Of a stretch of DNA of 64,000 nucleotides, positions 33,798 to 44,003 are shown piece by piece; position 1 is the stretch's first letter; each line of letters opens with the position of its first letter. This DNA comes from an uncultured Alphaproteobacteria bacterium. GTDB taxonomy: Bacteria; Pseudomonadota; Alphaproteobacteria; Rhizobiales; Beijerinckiaceae. The translations under genes and the position numbers were made by a program. The notes under the pieces were generated by a model, which was given only the letters and a program-made list of their open reading frames with translations, was not told the DNA's origin and did no database searches. The stretch spans positions 129,242-193,241 of the forward strand of contig CAVQWJ010000005.1 of the NCBI GenBank assembly GCA_963717565.1, written 5' to 3'.

Positions 33798-33976
33798 TAC
33801 CCCTGCCTAATGACTTGCCGGGAGTCACCTCCCGGCTTTGTCTTTATGCAAGGGCGGTGCGCCGATCTCGGCGAATCGATTTGGAGCCGACGCTCTCGAC
33901 TTGGTCGGGCGTCGGCTTCCGCTTTTCTGGGTATGCGATTCACGAGCGCACTGGCGCGCCGTTTGTATGAGGAAGC

Positions 33977-34953
33977 GTGAATAGATCGGTCGCCAGTCTG
34001 CTGCTCCTCTTGGCTGCGCTCATCTGGGGAGCCGGGTTCCTCGCGCAGAAGCACGCCTCAACCAACATGGGGCCTGTCAGTTTCGTTGGCGCCCGTTTCC
34101 TGCTTTCCTGGGCGTTACTCGCCCCTCTGGCGCTCTACGAGCATCGCAAAGAGCTCGTCCCCCTTTGACCATCAGGGATTTCGGCATTGCCGGACTGATC
34201 GGACTTTGTCTCTTTGTCGGCGCGATCCTTCAGCAAAGCAGCCTCCTCACGACGACGACCACCAACGTCGGATTTCTGACCGCCCTTTCCGTCATTTTTG
34301 TCCCGGCCATCGTCTGGGCGATGAGCGGGGCCAGACCGAAGGCCGTCGTTCTGGTGGCGATCATCATCTGCCTCGTGGGCAGTTGGCTGGTGACCGAACA
34401 CGGCCATTTCCACCGATGGACCCGGGGCGACGTTCTGGTCGTGATCGCCGATGTGGCATGGGCCGGCGTGATCACCCTGACGCCCCTCTTCCTCAACCGC
34501 GTCCCCCGGCCGTTCTTGCTTGCCTTCATGCAGTTCGGCGTCGTCGCGCTGCTCGGATTGGCCCTGGGGGCCAGCCTCGAGCCAGTATCGGAACAGAATC
34601 TCGCTTCGGCGTTTCCCGCCATCCTTTACTCGGGCGCCATTTCGGGGGCTCTGGCCTTCACGCTTCAGATCACCGCTCAAAAATACGTCCCTGCGACGCA
34701 AGCGGCTTTGATCCTGTCGCTCGAGAGCGTCTTTGCCGCCCTCGCCGGCGCTTTCCTTCTGTCCGAGCGGCTTACCGGCCTTGCCGCGCTTGGATGCGCC
34801 CTGATCCTGCTTGGCGTTCTGATCGCAGAAGCCGGACCGTCGGCGCGAGCCCTGATGCGGCGCGCCAATCGGCTGAATCTTCGTTATTCTTCCGCCGCTC
34901 CGGCGGTCAGTGAAGAACTGGCTGTCTTTCCTGCGGGCGTCGATCCAGACTAA
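33977..34953 (+). CDS. DMT/EamA transporter, apparent indel in the C-run near 34160
   Basis: IWGAGFLAQK N-terminus; second frame continues with EamA repeats (ESVFAAL). Confidence 0.85.
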
Positions 34954-34985
34954 ACCTCGCACCGCCCCTGGAGTAGAACGCTTCA

Positions 34986-36029
34986 ATGGACATCAACAGC
35001 GCAATCCGCTTCTCGGTAAAGAGAGTGTCGCTGGAGCTTTTTGCGCTCGGCTCGGTGTTTTCGATCTATTCCCTGGCCTCGTCGCTGACGCTGGCCTTCT
35101 GCGCATTGGCCTGGCGGCAGAGAAAGCGCCGGGGCCGCGTCAATCTTCGGGCGATACTGCGCGCGGTTCTCGCGAAGAAAGTGCTGAACCACGAATCATT
35201 CCATGCGGACGTGAAGCTGCTTGTCCTGAGCGTCGTCTTCATGCCGGCGGTCATCGGCGGTCTCGTCATCTCCGCCAGCGCCGTGTCGGCGTCGGTCAAT
35301 CATCTGCTGGCGGGCCTGTTCGGTTCGAGAGCGCCTGTCGAAGGCGGCGATCTGACGTTGAAGATCGTTTCGACGATCATTCTCTTCCTTGCATATGAAA
35401 TCGGATACTGGGTCGATCATTATCTCAAACATCGCGTTCCCTTCCTTTGGGAACTCCATAAGCTGCATCATACGGCCGATGTGCTGACGCCCCTGACGAA
35501 TTTCCGCAATCATCCGATCGACAACATCGTCTTCGGCTACATGCTTGCGATCTTCATCGGCGGCGCCTCCGGCTTGCTGGGATGGCTTTATGGCCGAAAT
35601 CCTGAAACCTTTTCCATCGACGGGAAAAACATTCTTTTCCTCTGCTTCCTCTGGACCATCGGCCATCTGCAGCATTCGGAGTTCTGGATTCCGTTTCGCG
35701 GCGTCTGGGGACGGATCATCCTGTCCCCCGCTCATCATCAGATTCATCACTCTGACGACCCGCAGCATTTCAACCGCAATCTCGGCAGCGTTCTCGCAGT
35801 TTGGGACTGGATGTTCGGCACGCTCGAAATTCCAACCGAGAAGAATCCGCGCCTTTCCTATGGCGTCCAGGAGGAAGGCGTCGATCAGCATTCCACATTT
35901 GGAATATTGGTGAGGCCGGCCCTGAAATCGGCCTCCGAGCTGGCGCGTGCGCTTGCGGGGATGGGGAAATTTCTCTCCGAGACGCTGAAGTCCGCCATGG
36001 CCCCTGAACGGAAGCGACGCGACGCCTAA
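34986..36029 (+). CDS. Sterol desaturase / fatty acid hydroxylase family di-iron membrane enzyme
   Basis: His boxes HYLKH, HKLHH, HHQIHH. Confidence 0.88.
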   Translation: MDINSAIRFSVKRVSLELFALGSVFSIYSLASSLTLAFCALAWRQRKRRGRVNLRAILRAVLAKKVLNHESFHADVKLLVLSVVFMPAVIGGLVISASAVSASVNHLLAGLFGSRAPVEGGDLTLKIVSTIILFLAYEIGYWVDHYLKHRVPFLWELHKLHHTADVLTPLTNFRNHPIDNIVFGYMLAIFIGGASGLLGWLYGRNPETFSIDGKNILFLCFLWTIGHLQHSEFWIPFRGVWGRIILSPAHHQIHHSDDPQHFNRNLGSVLAVWDWMFGTLEIPTEKNPRLSYGVQEEGVDQHSTFGILVRPALKSASELARALAGMGKFLSETLKSAMAPERKRRDA

Positions 36030-36032
36030 ACA

Positions 36033-36650
36033 TCAAAACTCGATGCCTTCCTGCGCCTTCACCCCCGCCGCGAAATGATGCTTCACCAGAGTCATCTCGG
36101 TGACGAGATCGGCCGCCGCCACGAGTTCCGGCTTCGCGTTCCGTCCGGTAACGACGACATGTAGATCGTCCCGCCGCGCGCGAAGTCGCTCGATCACTTC
36201 CGCCAGCGGCAGATGCTCATAGCGCAGCGAGATATTCAGTTCGTCGAGCACCAGCAGGCGGATCTCGGGATCGTCCATCAATTCACAGGCCTTGTCCCAG
36301 GCGCGACGGGCGGCGGCCTCGTCGCGGGCGCGGTCCTGCGTCTCCCAGGTGAAGCCCTCGCCGAGCGTATGCCACGAGACGGCGCCGAGCTTTTCCAGCA
36401 TGTCGCGCTCGCCGCTGCGCCACTGGCCCTTGCCGAACTGCACCACGCCGATTTTCCAGCCGTGACCGAGCGCGCGTAACGCCAGCCCGAAAGCCGCCGT
36501 CGACTTGCCTTTGCCGGGGCCGGTATGGACCATCAGCAGGCCTTTGTCGGCGATGCTCTTGCCCGCCACCTCGGCGTCCTGCACCGCCTTGCGCTTCTCC
36601 ATCTTCGCGCGATGGCGGCGCGCCTCTTCGCCTTCCTGCTCTTTGGTCAA
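36033..36650 (-). CDS. cobO: Cob(I)yrinic acid a,c-diamide adenosyltransferase
   Basis: HTGPGKGKST, GEGFTW, LDELN, TGRNA, AQEGIEF. TTG start at 36650 preceded by AGGAG. Confidence 0.93.
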   Translation of the reverse strand: MTKEQEGEEARRHRAKMEKRKAVQDAEVAGKSIADKGLLMVHTGPGKGKSTAAFGLALRALGHGWKIGVVQFGKGQWRSGERDMLEKLGAVSWHTLGEGFTWETQDRARDEAAARRAWDKACELMDDPEIRLLVLDELNISLRYEHLPLAEVIERLRARRDDLHVVVTGRNAKPELVAAADLVTEMTLVKHHFAAGVKAQEGIEF

Positions 36651-36666
36651 GAGAACTCCTCGCCGT

Positions 36667-36695
36667 TTGACGTCTTCGTGACCTAAGCATATGAC
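36667..36695 (+). promoter_or_regulatory. Sigma70-like promoter for the cbt/cob operon
   Basis: TTGACG-N17-TATGAC, placing +1 at about 36702, the riboswitch start. Confidence 0.55.
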
Positions 36696-36700
36696 TGGGC

Positions 36701-36867
36701 GCGACGGTCCTCCGCAAGGAGGCGAAGAGGGAATGCGGTGCGGGCCCTGCCCAAAACCGCGGCTGCCCCCGCAACTGTAACCGGGAAGGCCGCGCCTTCG
36801 GCCACTGGGCGAAAGTCTGGGAAGGCGGCGTGGATGGTGGACCCGGAAGCCAGGAGACCTGCCGTCG
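36701..36867 (+). ncRNA. Cobalamin (B12) riboswitch
   Basis: ACGGT...AAGAGGGAATGCGGTG...GCTGCCCCCGCAACTGTAA...GCCACTGGG...GGGAAGG...GCCAGGAGACCTGCCGT, upstream of cbtB. Confidence 0.93.
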
Positions 36868-36929
36868 GGGCGATCCAGCATCGCCTGTCCGAACGATAAG
36901 GCCGCCGGTGGGGCGGCAGGGAGACGATC

Positions 36930-37112
36930 ATGACGACCAACACCGCCGCCGTCCGCACGCTCGCCGCCACGAAGACCGAGACGCTCAAAGCCGCCTTCGT
37001 CGCGCTCGTTCTCGGCCTCGGCCTCGTTTACGGCGCAGGCTTCGCCAATTCGGAAGGCGTGCACGACGCGGCGCATGACTCGCGCCACGCGCTCTCCTTC
37101 CCTTGCCATTAG
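36930..37112 (+). CDS. cbtB: Cobalt transporter subunit CbtB
   Basis: One helix plus HDAAHDSRHALSFPCH. Confidence 0.92.
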   Translation: MTTNTAAVRTLAATKTETLKAAFVALVLGLGLVYGAGFANSEGVHDAAHDSRHALSFPCH

Positions 37113-37131
37113 CGCCCGCGCCCGTTTACCC

Positions 37132-37797
37132 GTGATCGCGCGCCTTTTGGCGGCCGGCCTCATCGCCGGCGTTGTTGCGGGCCTCGCCGTTGCGGCCCTG
37201 CAGCATATCACCACGACCCCGCTCATCCTCGCCGCCGAGGTTTACGAGACGGCGCAGCACGCGCATGACGCCCTCGCGGAACATGCGGCGCCCGCCTGGG
37301 AAGGCTTGCGCCGCACCGCCGCGACGAGCGTCGCGACCATCGCGGTCGCCAGCGGCTATGCGCTGATCCTGCTCGCCGCCATGTTGTTTTCCGGCGAGAC
37401 CATCGGCGCGCGCCGCGCGGCGCTTTGGGGCGCCTGCGCCTTCGCCGCCACTGGCCTCGCGACAAGCCTTGGACTGGCGCCGCAGCTGCCCGGCGCGGCC
37501 GAGAGCGATCTTGCCGGTCGCCAGCTCTGGTGGATCGCGACCGCCATCTCGACGGGCGCGGGTCTCTACGCCCTGCTGCGTCTCGACGCGGCCCCTGCGA
37601 AAGTCATCGGCGTTGCGCTGATCGTCGCGCCGCATTTCTTCTGGCCGACGCCCGCGACGCCCGAGAGCACGGTTCCGGCCGAAATCGCGGCCCGCTTCAC
37701 GGCGGCCTCGCTTACGGTGCAGGCGGTGTCATGGGTTCTCGCCGGCGCGCTCGCCGGTCTCGTCTGGCGCCTCGTGTTTCGTGAGGAGTTGGAATGA
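37132..37797 (+). CDS. cbtA: Cobalt transporter subunit CbtA
   Basis: PLILAAEVYE, GLAPQLPG, RQLWW, PAEIAARF; GTG start. Confidence 0.88.
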   Translation: MIARLLAAGLIAGVVAGLAVAALQHITTTPLILAAEVYETAQHAHDALAEHAAPAWEGLRRTAATSVATIAVASGYALILLAAMLFSGETIGARRAALWGACAFAATGLATSLGLAPQLPGAAESDLAGRQLWWIATAISTGAGLYALLRLDAAPAKVIGVALIVAPHFFWPTPATPESTVPAEIAARFTAASLTVQAVSWVLAGALAGLVWRLVFREELE

Positions 37798-38828
37798 GCG
37801 CGCCCAAAATACCGGCCACCATCGTCACCGGCTTTCTCGGCGCCGGCAAGACGACGCTGATCCGCAATCTGCTGGAAAACGCCGGCGACCGACGCCTCGC
37901 GCTCATCATCAACGAATTCGGCGACGTCGGCGTCGACGGCGACATTCTGCGCGCCTGCGGCGTCGAGAACTGTCCTGAAGAAAATATCGTCGAACTCGCC
38001 AACGGCTGTCTGTGCTGCACCGTCGCCGATGATTTCGTTCCGGCGATCGAGGCGCTTCTCGCGCATGAGAAACGGCCGGATCACATCATCATCGAGACGT
38101 CGGGTCTGGCTCTGCCCAAGCCGCTGGTGAAGGCTTTCGACTGGCCCGCCATCCGATCGAAACTCACGGTGGACGGCGTGATCGCCGTCATCGACGGCAA
38201 GGCAGTGGCCGAAGGGCGCTTTGCCGACGATCTCGACGCCATCGCGCAGGAGCGCGCCGAAACCGAAACCATCGACCACGACAACCCCCTCGAAGAGGTT
38301 TTCGAGGATCAGCTCGCCTGCGCCGATCTCGTCATTCTCAACAAGACGGACCTGCTCGACGAAACGGAAGAGCGGCGCGTCGCTGCGCAACTTGCCGAGG
38401 GCGCGCGCGCGGCGGTGAAAGTGGTGCGCGCGCGCAATGGCCGCGTCGATCCGCTCGTGCTGCTCGGCCTCGCGGCGGCGGCGGAAGACGATCTCCACAG
38501 TCGCCCGTCTCACCATGACGCCGAGCCGGACCACGATCACGACGATTTCGACAGTTTCGTCGTGGAGATCCCGGCCATCGCCGATTCCGCCGCGCTGATC
38601 GCAAAACTCGAAGCGGCCGCGCGCGCGCATGACGTGCTGCGGATCAAGGGTTTCGTCGAAGTTTCGGGCAAGCCGATGCGGCTTTTGGTGCAAGGCGTGG
38701 GCGCGCGCTTTCAGCATCATTTCGACCGCGCCTGGAAGCCGGGCGAGTCGCGCGCGAGCCGCCTCGTCGTGATCGGCGAAAAAGGCCTCGACCGCGACGC
38801 CATCACCGCCCTGCTGGCGCAGCCGTGA
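37794..38828 (+). CDS. cobW: Cobalamin biosynthesis GTPase CobW
   Basis: TGFLGAGKTT, NGCLCC, ETSGLA, His/Asp-rich linker. Confidence 0.93.
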   Translation: MSAPKIPATIVTGFLGAGKTTLIRNLLENAGDRRLALIINEFGDVGVDGDILRACGVENCPEENIVELANGCLCCTVADDFVPAIEALLAHEKRPDHIIIETSGLALPKPLVKAFDWPAIRSKLTVDGVIAVIDGKAVAEGRFADDLDAIAQERAETETIDHDNPLEEVFEDQLACADLVILNKTDLLDETEERRVAAQLAEGARAAVKVVRARNGRVDPLVLLGLAAAAEDDLHSRPSHHDAEPDHDHDDFDSFVVEIPAIADSAALIAKLEAAARAHDVLRIKGFVEVSGKPMRLLVQGVGARFQHHFDRAWKPGESRASRLVVIGEKGLDRDAITALLAQP

Positions 38829-38834
38829 CGCGCC

Positions 38835-41800
38835 ATGCATCTCCTCCCGCGCGATCTTCACAATCTCGACGACGCCGGCGCGGCGACGGACCTCGGCCAG
38901 ACTCCGGCCGACATTGTCTTCCTGTCTTTCTCGGATTCGGAGCTGCGTCTTTTATCGCGTCTTCACGAGCGTGACTCGGCGCGGCTGCCGAGCCTCCGAT
39001 GCGCGCCGCTCGCGCAGCTCAAACACCCCTACTCCGTCGATCTCTATCTCGACACGGTTGCGCGCCATGCGAAACTGATCGTCGTCCGGCTGCTCGGCGG
39101 CAAGGATTACTGGGCCTATGGCGTCGAGCAGCTCGAGGCGCTCGCCCGCACGCAGAAAATCGCCCTCGCCATCGTGCCCGGCGACACGGTCGCGGACATG
39201 CGCCTTGCGCGCGCCTCGACGCTCGAGAGCGACGCGCTCGACCGCATCTGGCGCTTTTTTCAGGACGGCGGGCCTGATAATTTTCGCTCGTTTCTGGGCT
39301 ACGCGTCGACGCTCGCAGGGCGGCCTGTGGAATGGCGCGAGAGCGTTCCCGTCGACAATGCCGGACGACTCGAAGCCGCCTGCAGGATAAGAGACAATAC
39401 GCCGCGCGCGACGATCGTCTGTTATCGCTCGCTCTATCTTGCCGACGACGTCGCGCCCATCATTGCGCTTGCCGACGCTCTGCAAGAGCGGGACTTCGCC
39501 GTCGACGCCATTTATGTCGCGAGCCTGAAAGAACCAGAGAGCGAGGCTTTCGTTACCAAGGCGCTCGATGCTTTCGCGCCCGATGTTATCCTCAACGCCA
39601 CCGCCTTTTCGGCGCGGCGCGACTCCGGCGGCGTGCTCGACCGCGCCGATGCGCCCGTGCTGCAGGTCGCGCTGGCCACCTGCGCGCGCGAGGCGTGGGA
39701 GGCTTCCGCGCGCGGGGCCAATGGCGCCGATCTCGCGATGAATGTGGTGTTGCCGGAGGTCGATGGACGTATTTTCACGCGTGCGATTTCCTTCAAGGAA
39801 ACAGCCGCGCGGGGCGCCGCCGAGCTCGAGGAACCGCGTCACGCGCCGGAAGCTTCGCGCATCGCTTTCGTCGCCGCGCTTGCGGCGAACTGGGCGCGGC
39901 TGAGGCGCAAGCCGAACGCGGAGAAAAGTCTCGCGCTGATCCTTTCGGACTATCCCGCGAGGCGCGGTCGCGGCGGCTATGCGATCGGCCTCGACGCGGA
40001 AGCGAGCGCGTTGGAAATTCTGGCCGCGTTGGATGATGCCGGTTATTCGCCAGGTCGGGCGGAAGACAATTCAGGACTATCTCTCATTCGAACGCTCGAA
40101 GAAGCGTCGGAATGCATTCACGTCGCCCTTGCCGATTACCATCGGCTTCTGGCGACGCTCCCCGCCGACTTCGTCACCAGCATCAACGAAGCATGGGGCG
40201 CGCCACAGGACGACCCGGCCGCCGTCGAGGACGCGCTTCGCTTCTCCTGCATCGTCACCGGCAATCTCGTCATCGCCCTGCAGCCGGATCGAGGCGCGCG
40301 CGCCGAGCGATATGAATCCTATCACGACATGCAGCGGCCTCCGCGCCACGCCTATGTCGCCTTTTATCTGTGGCTGCGTCACATCCGCAAAATCGACGCG
40401 GCGATTCACCTCGGCGCGCATGGCACGCTGGAGTGGCTGCCCGGCAAATCGGTGATGCTCTCGGAAAGCTGCGCGCCCGAAGCCGTGCTGGGACCCACGC
40501 CGCTCATCTATCCCTTCATCGTCAACGATCCCGGCGAGGCCGCGCAGGCGAAGCGACGCACGAGCGCCGTGACGATCGGCCATCTCACGCCGCCGCTCGT
40601 CGACGCGGAGCTGTTCGACGCGGCGCAGAGCATCGAGACATTACTCGACGAATATGCGACCGCCGCGGCGCTCGATCCGCGCCGCGCGAAGCTCATCGCG
40701 GGCGCGATACTGGACGAAGCGGAACGTAGCGGACTCGCAGGCGAATGCGGCGTGACGCGCGAAACGGACATCACCGAGACGCTCACGCGCCTCGACGCCT
40801 GGATGTGCGATCTGAAGGAAATGCGCATCGGCGACGGGCTGCATGTCTTCGGCCGCGCGGACAATGATCCCGCGCGCAACGCCTGCGCCACCGCCGAGCG
40901 CGGCGCGCTGATCGCCGCGCTCGAAGGCCGCTTCATCGAACCCGGCCCCGCCGGCGCGCCGTCGCGGGGTCGCACCGACGTCATGCCGACGGGACGCAAT
41001 CTTTACTGCATTGATCCGCGCCATGCGCCGACGCAGACGGCCTACGACATCGGGCGCCGCGCGGCGCAGGAGATCATGACGCGCCATGCGCAGACGCATG
41101 GCGACTATCCGCGCCACGTCATGCTCGACCTCTGGGGCAGCGCGACCATCCGCACCGGCGGCGAGGATTTCGCGCAGGCGCTGGCGCTGATGGGCGTCGC
41201 GCCGCGCTGGGATACGGCGAGCGCGCGGGTCATCGGCTTTGAGATTTTGCCGCAGGCGCGGCTCGATTTTCCGCGCGTCGATGTCACGCTGCATGTCTCG
41301 GGACTGTTCCGAGACATGTTCCCCGGCCTCATCGCCCTCTTCGACGACGCCGTGCGCGCCGTCGCTGCGCTCGACGAAGACGCTTCCGTCAATCCGCTGA
41401 AAGAGGCGCAGGATCTGCAGCGTATCTTCGGCGCGGCGGCGGGAAGCTATGGTCTTGGCGTGAGCGACAAAGTGGTTCGAGGCGAATGGTCATCGCGCGA
41501 CGATCTGGGCCGCGCGTTTCTCCAGGCCGGCGGCCATGCGCTCGACCGCGCCGGCGACAGCGCCCCCGCTCTCGACGCCTTCAGCGCGCAGGTCGCGCGC
41601 GCCGACGCGCATGTGCATGTGCAGGACATGGCGGAAGTCGACGCGCTCACCGGTCCTGCTTTCGCTGATTACGAGGGCGGCTTTGCAGCGGCCAATCGCC
41701 TCCTTGGCGGCGACGCCGATCTCGTTCATCTCGACGCGACGCGGCCGGAGAAACTGCGCGCCCGGCCTCTGCAGGATGAAATCGCGCGTGTCCTGCGCAT

Positions 41801-42125
41801 GCGGCTCGCCAATCCGCGCTGGCTCGACGGCCAGATGCGCCACGGCCATCGCGGCGGCGCCGAGATCGCGGAGACCATCGACAATCTCTATGCTTTCGCC
41901 GCAACGAGCGGGCTGGTTAGCGACGCGCAATTCGAGCTGGCCTTTTCGGCGACGCTCGGCGACGAACGTGTGCGCGAGTTTCTCACGCGCGAAAATCCGC
42001 GTGCGCTGGAAGCTATTGCGCGCGTCTTCAACGAGGCGCGCGCACGCGAACTTTGGCGCACACAGCGAAACAGTGTCGTCGACGTGCTGACGAGTGTCGG
42101 AGGCTCCCATGCAGCCGACGCCTGA
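38835..42125 (+). CDS. cobN: Cobaltochelatase subunit CobN
   Basis: HLGAHGTLEWLPGK, PTGRN, DLWG, ANPRWLDG. Confidence 0.94.
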   Translation: MHLLPRDLHNLDDAGAATDLGQTPADIVFLSFSDSELRLLSRLHERDSARLPSLRCAPLAQLKHPYSVDLYLDTVARHAKLIVVRLLGGKDYWAYGVEQLEALARTQKIALAIVPGDTVADMRLARASTLESDALDRIWRFFQDGGPDNFRSFLGYASTLAGRPVEWRESVPVDNAGRLEAACRIRDNTPRATIVCYRSLYLADDVAPIIALADALQERDFAVDAIYVASLKEPESEAFVTKALDAFAPDVILNATAFSARRDSGGVLDRADAPVLQVALATCAREAWEASARGANGADLAMNVVLPEVDGRIFTRAISFKETAARGAAELEEPRHAPEASRIAFVAALAANWARLRRKPNAEKSLALILSDYPARRGRGGYAIGLDAEASALEILAALDDAGYSPGRAEDNSGLSLIRTLEEASECIHVALADYHRLLATLPADFVTSINEAWGAPQDDPAAVEDALRFSCIVTGNLVIALQPDRGARAERYESYHDMQRPPRHAYVAFYLWLRHIRKIDAAIHLGAHGTLEWLPGKSVMLSESCAPEAVLGPTPLIYPFIVNDPGEAAQAKRRTSAVTIGHLTPPLVDAELFDAAQSIETLLDEYATAAALDPRRAKLIAGAILDEAERSGLAGECGVTRETDITETLTRLDAWMCDLKEMRIGDGLHVFGRADNDPARNACATAERGALIAALEGRFIEPGPAGAPSRGRTDVMPTGRNLYCIDPRHAPTQTAYDIGRRAAQEIMTRHAQTHGDYPRHVMLDLWGSATIRTGGEDFAQALALMGVAPRWDTASARVIGFEILPQARLDFPRVDVTLHVSGLFRDMFPGLIALFDDAVRAVAALDEDASVNPLKEAQDLQRIFGAAAGSYGLGVSDKVVRGEWSSRDDLGRAFLQAGGHALDRAGDSAPALDAFSAQVARADAHVHVQDMAEVDALTGPAFADYEGGFAAANRLLGGDADLVHLDATRPEKLRARPLQDEIARVLRMRLANPRWLDGQMRHGHRGGAEIAETIDNLYAFAATSGLVSDAQFELAFSATLGDERVREFLTRENPRALEAIARVFNEARARELWRTQRNSVVDVLTSVGGSHAADA

Positions 42126-43386
42126 AATCAAGGGATGGTGCCCGGGCGCCTTCGCGCCGATGCAGAGCAACGACGGCCTGCTCATCCGCGCCAAGGTGAT
42201 CGGCTCGCGCGTCTCTTCGGAGCAGCTTGCGGCGCTCGCCGCGATTGCCGAAGACTGCGGCAATGGCCTCGTCGATCTCTCGCAGCGCGCGCAATTGCAA
42301 TTGCGCGGCGTGAGCGAAGCGACCCTTCCGGAGGCGCTGGAGCGCCTCGACGCAGCCAGCCTTCTTCCGCGCGACGCCAACGCCGAGCGCGTGACCAACA
42401 TCGTCGCCGCGCCCCTCGCCGGACTCGACAGGACAGCGTCGTTCGACGCTAATTCACTTGCAAAAGAACTGGCGCAGGCGCTGCAGGCGGACGTCTTGCT
42501 GCGCGCGCTTCCTGCGAAATTTCTTTTCGTGATCGACGACGGCGGCGCGCTTTCGCTCCAGGACGTCGAAGCCGACATTCGGATTGAAGCCGAAGGCGGA
42601 GGCGTCGCCATCGGCATAGCTGGCGCGGAAGACCATGTGGCCGCCAGCGTGAACGAAGCTGTCGCTATTGCGCTTGAACTTGCCCGCGCCTTCGTCGCGC
42701 TGCGCGCCGGGGATTTCGAGCAACGGCGCATGCGCAGTCTCGTCGCCGCCATCGGCGCCGAAGCGGTGTTTAGTAAGGCGGGACTGACCGCCACTCCGAA
42801 TGTGCGTTCTAAGGTTACGCCAGCCGGCTTTCTCGGGGCGCGCGAAGCAACCGGTCTTTTTTACGCGGGCGTCGCGGCGCCCTCGGGTCGCTGGCAGGCG
42901 CGTGCGCTCAGGCGCCTCGCAGCGCTGGCGGATGAACATGGCCTTGGCGAATTGCGCTTGACGCCCTGGCGCGCTTTTCTTTTGCCAACTGCGACGCTTG
43001 CGGCGGCGCGCAAGATCGCCGCCGCCGCCGGCGCGCTGGACCTTATCGTGTCGCAGGACGACCCGCGCCTCGCCGTCGTCGCCTGCCCCGGAGCGCCCGA
43101 ATGTCCGCAGGCGCAGGGCGAAACGCGAATTCATCTTGCGCGTCTTGCGCCGCTCGCGCAAAAGCTTGCCGGGGCGGATGGGGTCGGGCTTCACATCTCA
43201 GGCTGCGCGAAGGGCTGCGCGCGGCCGCGAGGCTCGACCGTAACGCTCGTTCTCAACAACGGCCATTTCGATCTCGTCGATCACGGCCGCGCCAGCGACG
43301 CGCCGCATTTGAGGGGGCTGACGATCGACGCCGCTGAAAGCGCGCTCGCCGCGCGCGCAGAGGAATATTTATGCCTGAGGCCTTGA
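42109..43386 (+). CDS. cobG: Precorrin-3B synthase
   Basis: KGWCPG, CPGAPEC, HISGCAKGCA; GGAGG RBS before ATG 42109. Confidence 0.88.
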   Translation: MQPTPEIKGWCPGAFAPMQSNDGLLIRAKVIGSRVSSEQLAALAAIAEDCGNGLVDLSQRAQLQLRGVSEATLPEALERLDAASLLPRDANAERVTNIVAAPLAGLDRTASFDANSLAKELAQALQADVLLRALPAKFLFVIDDGGALSLQDVEADIRIEAEGGGVAIGIAGAEDHVAASVNEAVAIALELARAFVALRAGDFEQRRMRSLVAAIGAEAVFSKAGLTATPNVRSKVTPAGFLGAREATGLFYAGVAAPSGRWQARALRRLAALADEHGLGELRLTPWRAFLLPTATLAAARKIAAAAGALDLIVSQDDPRLAVVACPGAPECPQAQGETRIHLARLAPLAQKLAGADGVGLHISGCAKGCARPRGSTVTLVLNNGHFDLVDHGRASDAPHLRGLTIDAAESALAARAEEYLCLRP

Positions 43387-44003
43387 CTTATATCCGCGAC
43401 GGGGCGGCGATCTATGAGCGATCCTTCGCGATTATTCGCGCGGAGGCCAAACTTGCGCGCTTCACGCCGGAGCAGGAAAAAGTCGCCGTGCGCATGATCC
43501 ACGCCTGCGGCATGGTCGAGCTTGCCGACGACATAGAGTTTTCACCGACTTTCGTGGCGCAGGCGAAAGCCGCGTTGCGACGCGGCGCGCCCATTCTCTG
43601 CGACGCCAATATGGTCGCGCATGGCGTGACGCGCGCGCGGCTGCCCGCGCAAAATCCTGTCGTCTGCACGCTCGCCGAACCCAATGTCGCCGCGCTCGCC
43701 GCCGAGCTCGGCACGACGCGCAGCGCCGCCGCCATGGAGCTGTGGCGCAACCGGCTCGATGGGGCGGTGGTCGCGATCGGCAACGCGCCCACCTCTCTGT
43801 TCCGCCTGCTGGAAATGCTCGATGAAGGCGCGGCGCGTCCGGCGGCGGTGATCGGCATGCCGGTTGGCTTCGTCGGCGCGGCTGAATTGAAAGAGGCGCT
43901 CGCCGCCGATGGGCGAGTCCCCTACGCCATCGTGCGTGGCCGCAAGGGCGGCAGCGCCATGACCGCCGCCGCCATCAACGCGCTCGCGAGCGAAAAGGAA
44001 TGA
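43371..44003 (+). CDS. cobH: Precorrin-8X methylmutase
   Basis: RMIHACG, IGNAPT, PVGFVGA, GRKGGS. Confidence 0.94.
   Translation: MPEALTYIRDGAAIYERSFAIIRAEAKLARFTPEQEKVAVRMIHACGMVELADDIEFSPTFVAQAKAALRRGAPILCDANMVAHGVTRARLPAQNPVVCTLAEPNVAALAAELGTTRSAAAMELWRNRLDGAVVAIGNAPTSLFRLLEMLDEGAARPAAVIGMPVGFVGAAELKEALAADGRVPYAIVRGRKGGSAMTAAAINALASEKE

Noticed and set aside
36651-37226. Long N-terminal extension of cobO in the ORF track
   Set aside because: It runs antisense through the riboswitch and cbtB; AGGAG plus TTG at 36650 gives a normal-length CobO.
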